DNA of 62,295 nucleotides from a virus (lineage: Duplodnaviria; Caudoviricetes). Every line of letters begins with the position of its first letter. The first letter of the stretch is position 1. The notes under the pieces are model-generated. The model was given only the letters and a program-made list of their open reading frames with translations. It made no database searches and had not been told where the DNA came from. The position numbers and the translations under genes were made by a program. Shown here piece after piece: positions 1 through 9,412 of the stretch. The stretch covers positions 1 through 62,295 of the IMG/VR virus record IMGVR_UViG_3300042357_000538; one strand, written 5' to 3'.

Positions 1-99
1 CGAAGAGCTTGGAGGCGACGGCGCCCTCGAGCATCCGGCGGTTGGCGAACGTCTGGGCCTCGCCCAGGGGAGCGATGCCTGCACCTGCACGGGACTGCA
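1..99. repeat. Terminal direct repeat, copy 1 (identical to 62197-62295); probably assembler overlap of a circular contig
   Basis: cgaagagcttggaggcgacg...gcacgggactgca occurs at both ends, and an ORF continues in frame across the join. Confidence 0.95.
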
Positions 100-439
100 G
101 ATCGCGTGCAACTTGCAGTCGGGCGTCCTGCTGGGTGCGGGCGAGCATGGCCTGCCGGTCCCGCTCGGCCTGCTCCTCCTGGCCCTTGCTGACGAGGTAG
201 CCGCCGGCAGCGTTGATCAGCGCGGCACCCGTGGGGGAGGCGGCGAACTGGCCCGCCTGTGCCCAGCCCGACGGCGGGGCGGCGCCCGCCGCGGAGGCCG
301 CGGCCGCACCCCAGCCCACGCCCGGGCGCGTGCCCGCCACGGCTTGCTGGGGGGCCTGCATCCCGACGTAGGGGCTGCGGTTGGCGATCGTGCCGTAGGC
401 GCCGAAGTCGCCGAACTGGGCCTTGAGTTTCTGGTTCAT
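1..439 (-). CDS. 5' part of a junction-spanning gene (ATG at 439, continuing into 61475-62295; about 386 aa in total); putative virion/ejection protein
   Basis: MNQKLKAQFGDFGAYG...QTFANRRMLEGAVASKLF is in frame with ORF 61475..62230; the start lies just after the stop of the 444..2096 gene. Confidence 0.8.
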   Translation of the reverse strand, partial: MNQKLKAQFGDFGAYGTIANRSPYVGMQAPQQAVAGTRPGVGWGAAAASAAGAAPPSGWAQAGQFAASPTGAALINAAGGYLVSKGQEEQAERDRQAMLARTQQDARLQVARDLQSRAGAGIAPLGEAQTFANRRMLEGAVASKLF

Positions 440-443
440 CGCC

Positions 444-2096
444 TCATCCCTGCTGCTGGCGCTGGAGCCAGTTGTAGAAGTTCATCTCGCGGTCGGAGTT
501 GAGGTTGTCGTAGTCGAGGGCGAGGCGCCGGTCGAACTGCCCGCCCTGCTGCGCCAACTGCCGGTCCTGCAGGTCGATGCCCGCGCGGCCCTGCCACTTG
601 TCCTCGAGGAACCGGAGGAAGTCGAAGCCCATGCCCCGGTTGAACTGGTCGTTCTGGTTCTGGACCTTGGTGCTGTCGATGTCCAGGCCGCGCGTGCCCA
701 TGTAGCCGCCGAGCGCGAGCTTGTCCCGCTCGAGCCCCATGCCCTGGTCGAAGCCGTAGGCGTCGTTCTGCGACCCGGCCGCGGCGCGCGCATCGGCGGC
801 GCGCGCGTTCTGCTGGTCGAAGGTGAACTGCTGCCCCGCGAGCCCGAAGGCCGCGTTCCGCTGGCCGCTGTCGGCCACCGCGCGTGCGTCATCGGCGCGC
901 GCGCCCTCGCCGGCGAGCGTGGCCCCGTACCCCTGGGTGGACCGGCCCATCTGCCCCGTGAGGTAGTTGGAGACCGTGCTGGCCGCGTCACGGCGGCTCT
1001 GGTTGTTCAGCCCCGCCGCCTTGAGGTCGATGTCCCGATACGCGCCCGCCAGGGTGCTGGCGGCGTCGTCAGCAATCCGGCGCCCGCCCGCGGCGGCGGT
1101 GCCCCCGCTGCCGGAGAGGCCCCGGGCGGAGAGGTTGCCCTCGAGCTGGGCCCGGTTCTCCAGCGCGCGGCTATTGACCAGCTCCTGCTGCTGGGCCTTC
1201 ATCTGGGTGGCCTGCTCCTGGGTCACCGCATCGGGCCGCTCGAGCAGGCCCTGCACGAGCTGGTTGCCCATCTGCTCGAGCTGCTGCTGCTGCGGGCCCT
1301 GGAACTGGGTGAACTGGCTGCCGCCGTACTGGGGCGCCATCTGGGTCTGGAGGAACTGCCCGAAGTCGTAGCCCTGGTACACGCTGCCGTCGGGCCGCGG
1401 GGCCATGGCGCCGGGCTGGAAGTCGGTGGGCGCGGCGGGCTGGAAGACGCCGTTCGGATCGTCCTGCAAGGACGACCCCAGCGTCACGCCGGGGATGAAC
1501 TGGCCCGGCTGGAGGGTCGGGCGCGGCCCGGTGTAGGCCTTGGCCTCGGGGCTCTTGGCGAACTCCCCCTGGATCTGGGCGAGCTGTTGGGGCGTGAGCT
1601 GGGCCCCGCCGCCGACCTGCGTGATCCAGTGCTGCACCTCCGCGGGGGAGGCGCTGCGCCCGAACGACTGCTGGTACAGCCCGAGGACCTGCTCGCTCGC
1701 GTTCCCGGCCTGCTGGGTCTGGTACTGGTGCGGCGCGTTGGGGGCTGCGGGCGCGCGCAGGGGCTGGGTGAAGACGCTCTGGTAGGCCGGCCGCGGAGCG
1801 GCCGGCTGCCCCCAGGGGGTGGCGGGGGCGCTCGAGAGCTTGCCGTTGGACGAGACCGGGGAGGTGGGCTCGGGCGCGGGGATGGCGCCCTGACTGGCCT
1901 GCGGCTGGCGCGGGCGCGGGGCCTGGGCCTTGGGGGTTCGCGGGGCGGCGGGCGCCGCCGGCGCCTGGTCCTGCTCGTCGTCCTGCGGCGCGCCCCACTG
2001 GGGCTGCGCCGCGGCGTACATGGTGGACTGCTGGGCCTGGAAGCCGGGGTTCTGCTGGGGGTTGGACTGGGTGCCGTAGGCGGCGAAGCTGCTCAT
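444..2096 (-). CDS. Gln/Gly/Ala-rich putative internal virion (ejection) protein, 550 aa
   Basis: Long ORF with GC-rich third positions, tightly packed in the late operon; composition typical of podovirus ejection proteins. Confidence 0.6.
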   Translation of the reverse strand: MSSFAAYGTQSNPQQNPGFQAQQSTMYAAAQPQWGAPQDDEQDQAPAAPAAPRTPKAQAPRPRQPQASQGAIPAPEPTSPVSSNGKLSSAPATPWGQPAAPRPAYQSVFTQPLRAPAAPNAPHQYQTQQAGNASEQVLGLYQQSFGRSASPAEVQHWITQVGGGAQLTPQQLAQIQGEFAKSPEAKAYTGPRPTLQPGQFIPGVTLGSSLQDDPNGVFQPAAPTDFQPGAMAPRPDGSVYQGYDFGQFLQTQMAPQYGGSQFTQFQGPQQQQLEQMGNQLVQGLLERPDAVTQEQATQMKAQQQELVNSRALENRAQLEGNLSARGLSGSGGTAAAGGRRIADDAASTLAGAYRDIDLKAAGLNNQSRRDAASTVSNYLTGQMGRSTQGYGATLAGEGARADDARAVADSGQRNAAFGLAGQQFTFDQQNARAADARAAAGSQNDAYGFDQGMGLERDKLALGGYMGTRGLDIDSTKVQNQNDQFNRGMGFDFLRFLEDKWQGRAGIDLQDRQLAQQGGQFDRRLALDYDNLNSDREMNFYNWLQRQQQG

Positions 2097-2099
2097 GGG

Positions 2100-3095
2100 T
2101 TAGCTCTGGGGCGGGACGGTGAGGCCGAAGGCGCTCGGGTCCATGCCCTGCTGGTTGCTGTACCAGGCCGCGAACATCTGCTTCCAGAGGGGGTGGGACG
2201 TGTCGATGCCCAGGCTCTCGGCCATGGCCATCTCTTCGGCCCCGGCGCCCTGCGCGGCCTGCTGCATGAGGCCCGCGTTGAGGGGACCGGTCATGGGAGG
2301 TGCGCCCTGGCCCGGCTGGTCCCCCCACTGCCAGGCGGCCTCGCCCGAGCCGGCGTTCTGGACCACGTCGATCGGCTCCCAGCCGCGCTCGTTGCTGAAG
2401 ACCTCGATGATGTCGTACTCGCCGGGCTTGACCCGGGCGGGGTAGCCCGCGGCTTCCAGGGCCGGCACCACCTCGGCGGCGAGCTTGGCGCCCACGTCGG
2501 GCTTCGCGAGGCCGCGCACGTCGATCCCGGTCCCGCCGATGATCCGGCGGAAGGCGTCCTTGGCGGACTTGTCATCACCGGAGGCCAGCGCGCGGGCGTC
2601 GTTGAACCCGCGGAACTCCATCGGGTTCTGCTGCGCCGCGTTCGCCCCGAACTGACCGAAGCTGACCTGCCCCGGCACCAGGCCCTGGGCCTGCTGAGGG
2701 CGCTGCTGGTGATCCTGGGCCCGCTCGGCCGGGCTGGGCGCCGTGTCCCACGGGGCCGGGAGGGGCGCAGACGCCTGCGGCGTCTGCCGCTGGATGTCGG
2801 CCATGAACTGCTGGCTGGCGCCGGCGAGCCCGCCCTGGCTGATCGGCGCCGTCTGCGACGGCACCGGCCCCTGCATCTTCGTGGGGTCCTGCTGGTCGCG
2901 ACCGCTCGGCACCGCCTGGGGCGGGGCCGGCGCCCAGGGGGCGGCGGGCTGCTGGTAGTTGGTGGCGGAGGCGGGGGCCTGCTGGGGCGCAGCCCCAGCG
3001 TCCACCGGTTGGAGCTGGCCGCGGCCCGGGACGCCATAGTTCTGCGTGCGGGGATCGTCGTCCTGCTCGGACAGGGCACCGAAGGGGTTATACAT
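2100..3095 (-). CDS. Hypothetical Pro/Gln-rich virion-associated protein, 331 aa
   Basis: ORF packing and codon bias; position in the late operon. Confidence 0.6.
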   Translation of the reverse strand: MYNPFGALSEQDDDPRTQNYGVPGRGQLQPVDAGAAPQQAPASATNYQQPAAPWAPAPPQAVPSGRDQQDPTKMQGPVPSQTAPISQGGLAGASQQFMADIQRQTPQASAPLPAPWDTAPSPAERAQDHQQRPQQAQGLVPGQVSFGQFGANAAQQNPMEFRGFNDARALASGDDKSAKDAFRRIIGGTGIDVRGLAKPDVGAKLAAEVVPALEAAGYPARVKPGEYDIIEVFSNERGWEPIDVVQNAGSGEAAWQWGDQPGQGAPPMTGPLNAGLMQQAAQGAGAEEMAMAESLGIDTSHPLWKQMFAAWYSNQQGMDPSAFGLTVPPQS

Positions 3096-3213
3096 GGGCG
3101 GGAGGATCCGGGGGCGGGGCGGGGGGCTTGGGCTGGAGCTTGCCCACGGCGAGCTCGAGGGCCGCAGGCCCGAGCACGCGAGCGAGCCAGGCGAGGAGGG
3201 GTTTCCAGGTCAT
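3088..3213 (-). CDS. 41-aa amphipathic peptide with a Pro-rich tail; possible lysis accessory
   Basis: MTWKPLLAWLARVLGPAALELAVGKLQPKPPAPPPDPPAHV; ATGA overlap with the upstream gene. Confidence 0.5.
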   Translation of the reverse strand: MTWKPLLAWLARVLGPAALELAVGKLQPKPPAPPPDPPAHV

Positions 3214-3698
3214 CGCGTTTCCTGCCAGATGGTGTCCAGGAGGGGGCAGGCGAGGAACATGCCGGGGGTGACCTTGTCGGAGGGGTAGGCGAAGCCGAAG
3301 AGGGGCCGGCCGGCGAGCTTGAAGAGGCGGGCGATGTGCTCGGAGCAGAAGGCCTTGCTCGTGCCGTCCACACCGGTGTCGGGGTGGAAGAAGCCGAACA
3401 GGCCCCACCAGTCGTAGGCCTGGCCGATCGAGTGGGCCTGGACCTTGACCAGCGCGTCCCACTCGAACTCGGTGAAGGGGACGGTGGGGCGGAGGATCGC
3501 GTAGAGGTCGTCCTTCCGGAGCGGGTACGTCCCCACGCCCTCCCCGTCACGGGAGGCGAAGGCCAGCCCGTCACCGGCGTAGAGCTCGACATGAGAGACG
3601 GGGGAGAAGGTCTTCACCCGGATGGCCCAGGAGAAGAAGCCGCGCCCCTGGTAGAGCAGGACATCGCCGGGCTGCAGTTCGATCCCACGCAGGGTCAT
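3210..3698 (-). CDS. Permuted papain-like (NlpC/P60, YaeF/YiiX-type) amidase/hydrolase
   Basis: LQPGDVLL...SHVELY (His) precedes IGQAYD and FCSE (Cys), the permuted catalytic order. Confidence 0.8.
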   Translation of the reverse strand: MTLRGIELQPGDVLLYQGRGFFSWAIRVKTFSPVSHVELYAGDGLAFASRDGEGVGTYPLRKDDLYAILRPTVPFTEFEWDALVKVQAHSIGQAYDWWGLFGFFHPDTGVDGTSKAFCSEHIARLFKLAGRPLFGFAYPSDKVTPGMFLACPLLDTIWQETR

Positions 3699-3737
3699 GG
3701 GCCCTCCGGTGTGGCAGAAATGGGGTAGGGAAACCTG

Positions 3738-4433
3738 TCAGAACTTCACGCGGATGCGGTTGTTCTGGAGCCAGGCGATGACGAGGTCAGCGATGCCGGG
3801 CTCCTGCCCGGGGCCCTCCCCGAACAGGCGCTTGGTCTGCTGTTCGAAGAGCGTCTCCTGCCGGGTCTCGAGGCGGGAGAGGGCTTCCTGGATCTCGGCC
3901 AGGCGGAGGGGGGTAAGCGTGTCCACCCTGAACTGGCACGGTGCCGCCGGCGGCGTCACCACGGGCGGCGGGGTGACGACCGGCGGGGGGACGATGGGCG
4001 TGCCCCCGGTCCCCAGCTCCTCGTGGGTGACCCGGGGATCGACGAAGCCGCCGCGGGTGCCGGCCGTGATCGTCGGGCCGGTCTGGTCAATCCAGGCGAG
4101 GTCGGCGGCGGAGGTGCCGGCGCTCGCGATGAAGTCGATGATCACCACGCTGGGGAACCGGCCACTGGCATCCCCGGCCCCGCCGGCGAGGACGGGGAAC
4201 ACGATGCAGTCCTGGCTGAGATCGCCCAGGTTCCCGCGCTTGGCGTTCACCCCCACGCGGTGGCCCCGGAGCTGGCCCTCCCGGGCGACCAGGCGGGCGA
4301 ACAGGTCCCCGCGCGCGCCCGGCACGCGGTGCGCGTCGGCCCAGGCCTGGGGGTACGCGCGGCGCACCTCGGCCATGAGGGTGAGGAAGGTCGGACGGAG
4401 GGCGTTGACTTCGGCGTAGGCGTAGGGGGTCAT
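3738..4433 (-). CDS. Hypothetical protein with a PPPVVT linker and C-terminal coiled coil, 231 aa
   Basis: ORF in the lysis region with its own upstream promoter. Confidence 0.65.
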   Translation of the reverse strand: MTPYAYAEVNALRPTFLTLMAEVRRAYPQAWADAHRVPGARGDLFARLVAREGQLRGHRVGVNAKRGNLGDLSQDCIVFPVLAGGAGDASGRFPSVVIIDFIASAGTSAADLAWIDQTGPTITAGTRGGFVDPRVTHEELGTGGTPIVPPPVVTPPPVVTPPAAPCQFRVDTLTPLRLAEIQEALSRLETRQETLFEQQTKRLFGEGPGQEPGIADLVIAWLQNNRIRVKF

Positions 4434-4469
4434 GCGGGGGGAGGGGGATCGGCATGGCCGATCCCCTCT

Positions 4470-4499
4470 AGTCTACCCCTTTCGGGGGTGGTCCGTCAA
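4470..4499 (-). promoter_or_regulatory. sigma70-type promoter TTGACG-N18-TAGACT followed by a leader hairpin
   Basis: Hexamers and spacing read directly; hairpin GAGGGGATCGG...CCGATCCCCCTC precedes ATG 4433. Confidence 0.55.
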
Positions 4500-4984
4500 C
4501 CGCGGGCGACCGCCGTCGCCCGCCTCGTCCAGCCCTTGAGGAACACGCCCAGCTTGGGCTTCTTCCCCACCAGGGCCTTGTAGTACCGGAGCCGGAACTC
4601 GAGGTAGCGCTCCCGGTAGCCCGTCCAGTCCACCGCGGCGTCCAGGGCGGCGCGCAGCGCGGGGGTCCAGGTGGGGGCCTCGGGGGTCCGCATGGTGCGG
4701 TGGAGGAGGCGGAAGGCGCGGCCCAGGCCGGCGTTGACCCCCATGTCGAAGACCTGCTCGGCCAAGCGCGGGTCGGGGATGGCGCCGAAGCCCGGCTTCT
4801 CCCAGTAGTCGCTGCGGTAGATTGCCTTGGCCTGTGCGGGGGTGAGGGCGCGGATGTCCAGGTGGGGGTAGGCGCGCTGGGAGATCCCGTATTTGGTCAG
4901 CCCGCCGGGGTCTCGCGGGTGGTCCACCAGCCCGCCCTCGTGGGCGAGGAGGCGGTCCAGCATCGCCTCAGTCAGTTCGGCCAT
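4496..4984 (-). CDS. Endolysin, glycoside hydrolase family 108
   Basis: HEGG-x-VDHPRDPGGLTKYGIS motif, FDMGVNAG, and a C-terminal FLKGWxRR peptidoglycan-binding motif. Confidence 0.9.
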   Translation of the reverse strand: MAELTEAMLDRLLAHEGGLVDHPRDPGGLTKYGISQRAYPHLDIRALTPAQAKAIYRSDYWEKPGFGAIPDPRLAEQVFDMGVNAGLGRAFRLLHRTMRTPEAPTWTPALRAALDAAVDWTGYRERYLEFRLRYYKALVGKKPKLGVFLKGWTRRATAVARG

Positions 4985-5204
4985 CGCGGCGCTCCAGGAG
5001 GTAGGCGGTGAGGCGGTCGATCTTGCCCTCGAGGCGGATCAGCCCATCCGAGAGCCGGTCGGCCACGTCGGCGGCGGCCTTCGAGGTGGCCTCGAGCGCG
5101 GTCACGCGCTGGGCCAGGTTCCAGGCCCAGGAGAAGATCCCGAACAGGGCCGCGGTGATGGCGGCCAGGGCCGCCCCGAGGTAGGTCTCGGCGGTCGCCA
5201 TCAC
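4968..5204 (-). CDS. Holin-like membrane protein
   Basis: One N-terminal transmembrane helix plus coiled coil; overlaps the endolysin start. Confidence 0.55.
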   Translation of the reverse strand: MMATAETYLGAALAAITAALFGIFSWAWNLAQRVTALEATSKAAADVADRLSDGLIRLEGKIDRLTAYLLERRDGRTD

Positions 5205-6685
5205 TCGGCCCGCTTTCCGGCGGCGGCCTCGAGCGCCTTGATGCGCGCGTTCAGGGTGAGGATGATCTGCTGCTGGAGGTGGACCTCGGCGTGGACTTCC
5301 TGCAGCGCGCGCACGGTGGGGGCGATGAGCTCCTCGTAGCGCAGGCCCAGGCGGCCGTCCTTGCCCACCGAGACCGCGGGGAAGCCCAGGGCCTGGAGAT
5401 CCTGCGCGATGAACCCGTAGCGGCGCGTGGCGGGGTCCGCCACCAGGCGGTAGCTCACCGGCTTCAGGGCGTCGATGAACTCGATCCCCAGATCGCTCGT
5501 GGCGATGTCCTGCTTCAGGTTCCGGTCGGAGCTGACATCGGGGGCACTCGTCAGGTAGATGATCGACCAGCGATCCACCGTGCTGCCGAGTTGGATCCCG
5601 CCGCCCGTGGGGACGAAGGTCCCGCCCGTGAAGGACAGGGTGGAGCTGTTGGCAAACAAGCTCAGGGTGTTCGCGCTATTGCTCGTCTGGATCCCTTCGC
5701 CGTTCCCGTTCGAGACCGTCGGCGCGGTCCCCGAGAGCACGATGTTCCCGCTCGTGACGGTAAGGTTCCCCGTGGAGGCCGTGAGGCTCGTCCCCGTGAC
5801 CGCGCCTGCGTTGACCACGCCCAGGGTCGAGGTCCCCGTCACCGACACGGCGCCCGTCAGCGTGATGTTGGTGGCCGTGAGCGCGGCCGTGGTCACGGTG
5901 GTCCCGCTGCGCGAGAACAGCAACGCCGAGACAGCAACGTTCTCCGCGTCGTTGAGCGCCTGCACCCCGAACTGCGTCCCGTCACCCACCAGACGCCACT
6001 TGCCGTTATCGGCCGCCACCCCCGACTCCGCGAAGTTGAGAATCGGCGAGGCGTTGGCGATGCTGGGCGTACCTGAAAACGTCCACGCGGCGGTGATCGA
6101 CTCGGTCGCGCCCACACGCGCGAGCACACTCCCGTCCGTGATCCCGCTCTCGGCGATCCCCGTGAGCGCGGACGTGGCCGTGGTGCCGGCCGCCGTCAAC
6201 CGCCCGTCGGCGTCCACCGTGAACGTGGGGATCGCGGTCGTCGAACCGTAGCTCCCGGCGGCCACGGCGGTGGCGGCCAACTCACTGGCGCCCACGGCAT
6301 TGGCGGCGATCTCAGCCGCATCGACCCCATCGGTGGCGATCTGGGTAGCGGCCACACACCCTGTACAGGTCAGGGTCGTCACCGTCGCGGTCCCGACCGT
6401 GAGCGCGCCCCCGACCGCCACATCCCGGGAGAACCACCCATCGCGGAAGCGCAGGCTCGTGCTGCCCAGGTCGTAGCTGGCCGTGGTGTCCACGGCCAAC
6501 GTGGCCCGCAGGACGGGGGCGTAGCGGTTCAGCGCCTTGTCGTTGATGTTGGTGAAGTTGCTCGTGAACTGGGCCGATGAGATCGTGCTCTGCGGCGCGA
6601 AGCTGGTGTAGGCCAGGTTGAGCTGGGCCTGGGCGGGGCGCGCGAGCGCCAGCAGCAGGGCGAGGGCGGAGAGAACCTTACGCAT
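5201..6685 (-). CDS. Tail fibre/spike with C-terminal peptidase S74 intramolecular chaperone; N-terminus resembles a Sec signal peptide
   Basis: SSDRNLKQDI...LKPVSY...YGFIAQDL...YEELIAPTVRALQE; likely start MRKVLSALALLLALARPAQA. Confidence 0.8.
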   Translation of the reverse strand: MRKVLSALALLLALARPAQAQLNLAYTSFAPQSTISSAQFTSNFTNINDKALNRYAPVLRATLAVDTTASYDLGSTSLRFRDGWFSRDVAVGGALTVGTATVTTLTCTGCVAATQIATDGVDAAEIAANAVGASELAATAVAAGSYGSTTAIPTFTVDADGRLTAAGTTATSALTGIAESGITDGSVLARVGATESITAAWTFSGTPSIANASPILNFAESGVAADNGKWRLVGDGTQFGVQALNDAENVAVSALLFSRSGTTVTTAALTATNITLTGAVSVTGTSTLGVVNAGAVTGTSLTASTGNLTVTSGNIVLSGTAPTVSNGNGEGIQTSNSANTLSLFANSSTLSFTGGTFVPTGGGIQLGSTVDRWSIIYLTSAPDVSSDRNLKQDIATSDLGIEFIDALKPVSYRLVADPATRRYGFIAQDLQALGFPAVSVGKDGRLGLRYEELIAPTVRALQEVHAEVHLQQQIILTLNARIKALEAAAGKRAE

Positions 6686-6956
6686 CGGAGGCCTCACGGG
6701 GCAGGAAGAGGAGGAGGGTGACGACGGCACTGGCGACCGTGGCCTTCAGGTAGAGCACGCCGGAGGTACGGCGCGATCGGTAGCAGTCCACGGCGCGGTC
6801 CTTGTCCACCACCAGCCACTGCACCTCCTGCGCGCGGCTGGGCGGGAGCTCGTGGGGGACGGCGAACTCGGCGTTGGCGGTGCTGGGGGTGGTGACCGTG
6901 ACCAGTTGGCTCCGCCCAAAGGGCAGGCGCGCTTCGGGAATCCGGGTCTCCCTCAT
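6678..6956 (-). CDS. Small hypothetical tail protein, 92 aa
   Basis: Overlapping start/stop with both neighbours. Confidence 0.6.
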   Translation of the reverse strand: MRETRIPEARLPFGRSQLVTVTTPSTANAEFAVPHELPPSRAQEVQWLVVDKDRAVDCYRSRRTSGVLYLKATVASAVVTLLLFLPREASDA

Positions 6957-9412
6957 CGGCGATCCCCCGCGGCCGAGACATCCATGCCCAGAGCGAGCAG
7001 GACGAAGGGCCGATTCGGCGCGCAGTTACTGACCCGCAGCCGGTAGCTGTTCGCCAGTCGGCCGACGGCGGTGCGGAAGGTCTGGCGCGCCTCGAGTCCG
7101 CCGAACACGGCGGTGTCGAAGGTGGCCGTATCCCAGAGCGCCCCGCCCGTGTCCACGGTGTACACCCGGGTGCGCGTCGGCGTGTCCAGGCTATAGCTGG
7201 TGAACACGTCCAGGCGTGTGTCTGCGGTGCCCCCGTTCGAGAGGGCCGCGAGGTGGGTGTGGTAGTAGCGCTTCTTCCGAAAGGGGTCGCCACTGTCGCT
7301 CCAGTGCGTGTCCCAACTGAAGCACGGCCCCGCGATCGTCAACGCACGGCCCACGGCATCGGCCGCGGCGTAGTCCAGGGTGGGGTACACGTCCACCCAG
7401 GACTCGCCCCCTGCGCCTACCCCTACGGCCACGATCCGCCGGCGCTGCGCGGTGGGCGTGTCCCCGTCCAGGTAGGCGTAGGCATGGCCCGCCAAGTCGG
7501 CATCGAAGATGGCGCCTTGGACCGTCAGGCGCACATTCCCGCTCACCAGACTCGCCGCGCTCACCACCCCGCTCAGGCTGAAGCTCGGGTCGATGATGTA
7601 GGTCGCCGGGGTGAAGCCCACCGGCAGGGCCTGGTCCAGCACCAGGGCGTAGGTCGGCCCCCCACCACCGCCAACGGTGGTGATCCGGGCCACGACCAAC
7701 GCCGCATCAGCGGCCGCGAGCGTGATCTGGTGGCCTTGCATCGCCGCGGTGACCGCGCTGACGTACACGGTGGTGCGATCCCCGCTGACCGAGGCCACGC
7801 TCCCCGAGAGCAGCCCCGAGGTGGCCAGCACCGGGTCGATCAGGCGCGCGCCATCGGTGTCGCTGTCCCACCAGAGGTAGCAGCGCCCGTACACGCCGCC
7901 CAGGATGACCACCGGGCGCCCGCCCTCGTCCTCCCCCGTGACCGCACTGGCCACGTCGAGGGGATCCCAACCGTCGCTCTCCCACACGCCCAGGCGGTAG
8001 TTGAAGGGCAGGCCCCGGTCGTTGACCAGGGAGCCGACAGTGGGGATCCAGAACACGACCTGCTGCCGAGGCGGATCGACATGGGCCACGATGCCGGCCC
8101 ACTTCGCGGGATTGGTCTGGCTGGGGTCGATGGTGTCGCGCAAGAGCTGGTAGCCGAGCTGGATCGGCGCCCCGGTCCCGTCCCACATCATGGGCCCCAG
8201 TTCGGACCACCAGTAGGTCTTGCCCTCCACGGTCACGATGCTGTCGGGCGCCACACAGCCCACGCTCGGATCGAGGATCGAGAGCTCCCACGCGTTGGGG
8301 TCGGTGCCGGCCAGGGCGTAGATCGCGCGACGCTTGAACACCGCGACCAGGTTCTCGTTGATCGGGTGGCAGGCGACCAGCTCCTGGCCGTCGTCGGGGG
8401 CCACGGGCTCGTAGTGCTCGGGGTCGAACTGCTCTGGCTCGTCGAAGCGCGACCAGTAGATCCCGGTCTTGCTCCAGGCGAGGAGGCGACCGCCGTGGAT
8501 CAAGCCCCCGAAGAGATTCTCGGTGGGGGCCGGTGGGTCATACTCGGCGCTGTCGGGGGAGGCCTCGAAGGTCAGGATCGTGGCGTCACTCAGGTCCAGG
8601 ACGGTGGTGGCGGTCGCCATCGGCACGCCCTTCCCCGCCACGTACCCGGTGCCGGCCGTGACGCGGAGGAAGTTGACGTTGGTGCCGATCTTCCGAATGT
8701 GGACCCGGACGTGGGTGATCTGCGTGTCGGGCGAGGTGGCCCAGGTCACCGTGAGCTGGTCGGCGCTGGCGCCGGTCACGGTGTAGCCATCACTCCGGCT
8801 GGACTCGGTCTGGGCGGTGTCGTTCCAGAACGTGAGCGCGAGCTCGTAGTCGCCGGTCATCACCCCGGACCCGCCGGCGGTGGCGTTCCAGTTGAAGCTC
8901 GTGGCGGCGCGCGCGGGCGGGCGCGCGATCCCCAGGTTCTGGACCACGAGACTCCCCGAGAGCTCGAGCACCTTCTTCCGGACGCTGCCGGCCAGGGCGA
9001 TTGCGCGGTTCTTGAACGTCACCCACCCCGGAGCGGGGCCGTTCACCCCGAACACCCCCGCGCTGAGGAGCGTGGAGACGCCCGCGGGAGTCACGGTGTA
9101 GAGGTCCCCGCTCTCCTTCACCGCGGCCAGGTGGGTGTAGGTGTAGGCGCCGCTCGAGACGCGCCGATAGGCGTGCTGGCTGTGGACCGTGGCCGTGGTG
9201 AGGGGCGTCGGGCTCAAGGTGCCCAGGGCCTCAGCGGCCGGCAGCAACACCGAGGCCCCGCGGCGCTTGCCCACGACCGCGCGCCCCAAGCCCGCACCGA
9301 GCAGGGTGCTGTTGCGGCCGCGCGGGCTGGACTCCTGGGGGAGATCCTCCGCGCGCAGCGCGGTAATCACGCCCCCGACCCACGAGCGGAAGGTTTCGCG
9401 GATGCCGGGCAT
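6953..9412 (-). CDS. Tail nozzle / DNA stabilisation protein (P22 gp10 / T7 gp12-like), 819 aa
   Basis: IYWSRFDEPEQF, VFKRRAIY, VGCVAPDSIV, YWWSELG beta-propeller-like motifs; follows the adaptor gene. Confidence 0.7.
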   Translation of the reverse strand: MPGIRETFRSWVGGVITALRAEDLPQESSPRGRNSTLLGAGLGRAVVGKRRGASVLLPAAEALGTLSPTPLTTATVHSQHAYRRVSSGAYTYTHLAAVKESGDLYTVTPAGVSTLLSAGVFGVNGPAPGWVTFKNRAIALAGSVRKKVLELSGSLVVQNLGIARPPARAATSFNWNATAGGSGVMTGDYELALTFWNDTAQTESSRSDGYTVTGASADQLTVTWATSPDTQITHVRVHIRKIGTNVNFLRVTAGTGYVAGKGVPMATATTVLDLSDATILTFEASPDSAEYDPPAPTENLFGGLIHGGRLLAWSKTGIYWSRFDEPEQFDPEHYEPVAPDDGQELVACHPINENLVAVFKRRAIYALAGTDPNAWELSILDPSVGCVAPDSIVTVEGKTYWWSELGPMMWDGTGAPIQLGYQLLRDTIDPSQTNPAKWAGIVAHVDPPRQQVVFWIPTVGSLVNDRGLPFNYRLGVWESDGWDPLDVASAVTGEDEGGRPVVILGGVYGRCYLWWDSDTDGARLIDPVLATSGLLSGSVASVSGDRTTVYVSAVTAAMQGHQITLAAADAALVVARITTVGGGGGPTYALVLDQALPVGFTPATYIIDPSFSLSGVVSAASLVSGNVRLTVQGAIFDADLAGHAYAYLDGDTPTAQRRRIVAVGVGAGGESWVDVYPTLDYAAADAVGRALTIAGPCFSWDTHWSDSGDPFRKKRYYHTHLAALSNGGTADTRLDVFTSYSLDTPTRTRVYTVDTGGALWDTATFDTAVFGGLEARQTFRTAVGRLANSYRLRVSNCAPNRPFVLLALGMDVSAAGDRR

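Noticed and set aside
1-99. 99-bp terminal repeat as a biological direct terminal repeat
   Set aside because: It falls inside a gene and its length equals a common assembler k-mer; best read as circular overlap
423-3728. Long plus-strand ORFs opposite late genes (for example 423..3728, 20467..23973, 53652..56012) and minus-strand 46506..49241
   Set aside because: Antisense shadow frames of real high-GC genes; no motifs or RBS
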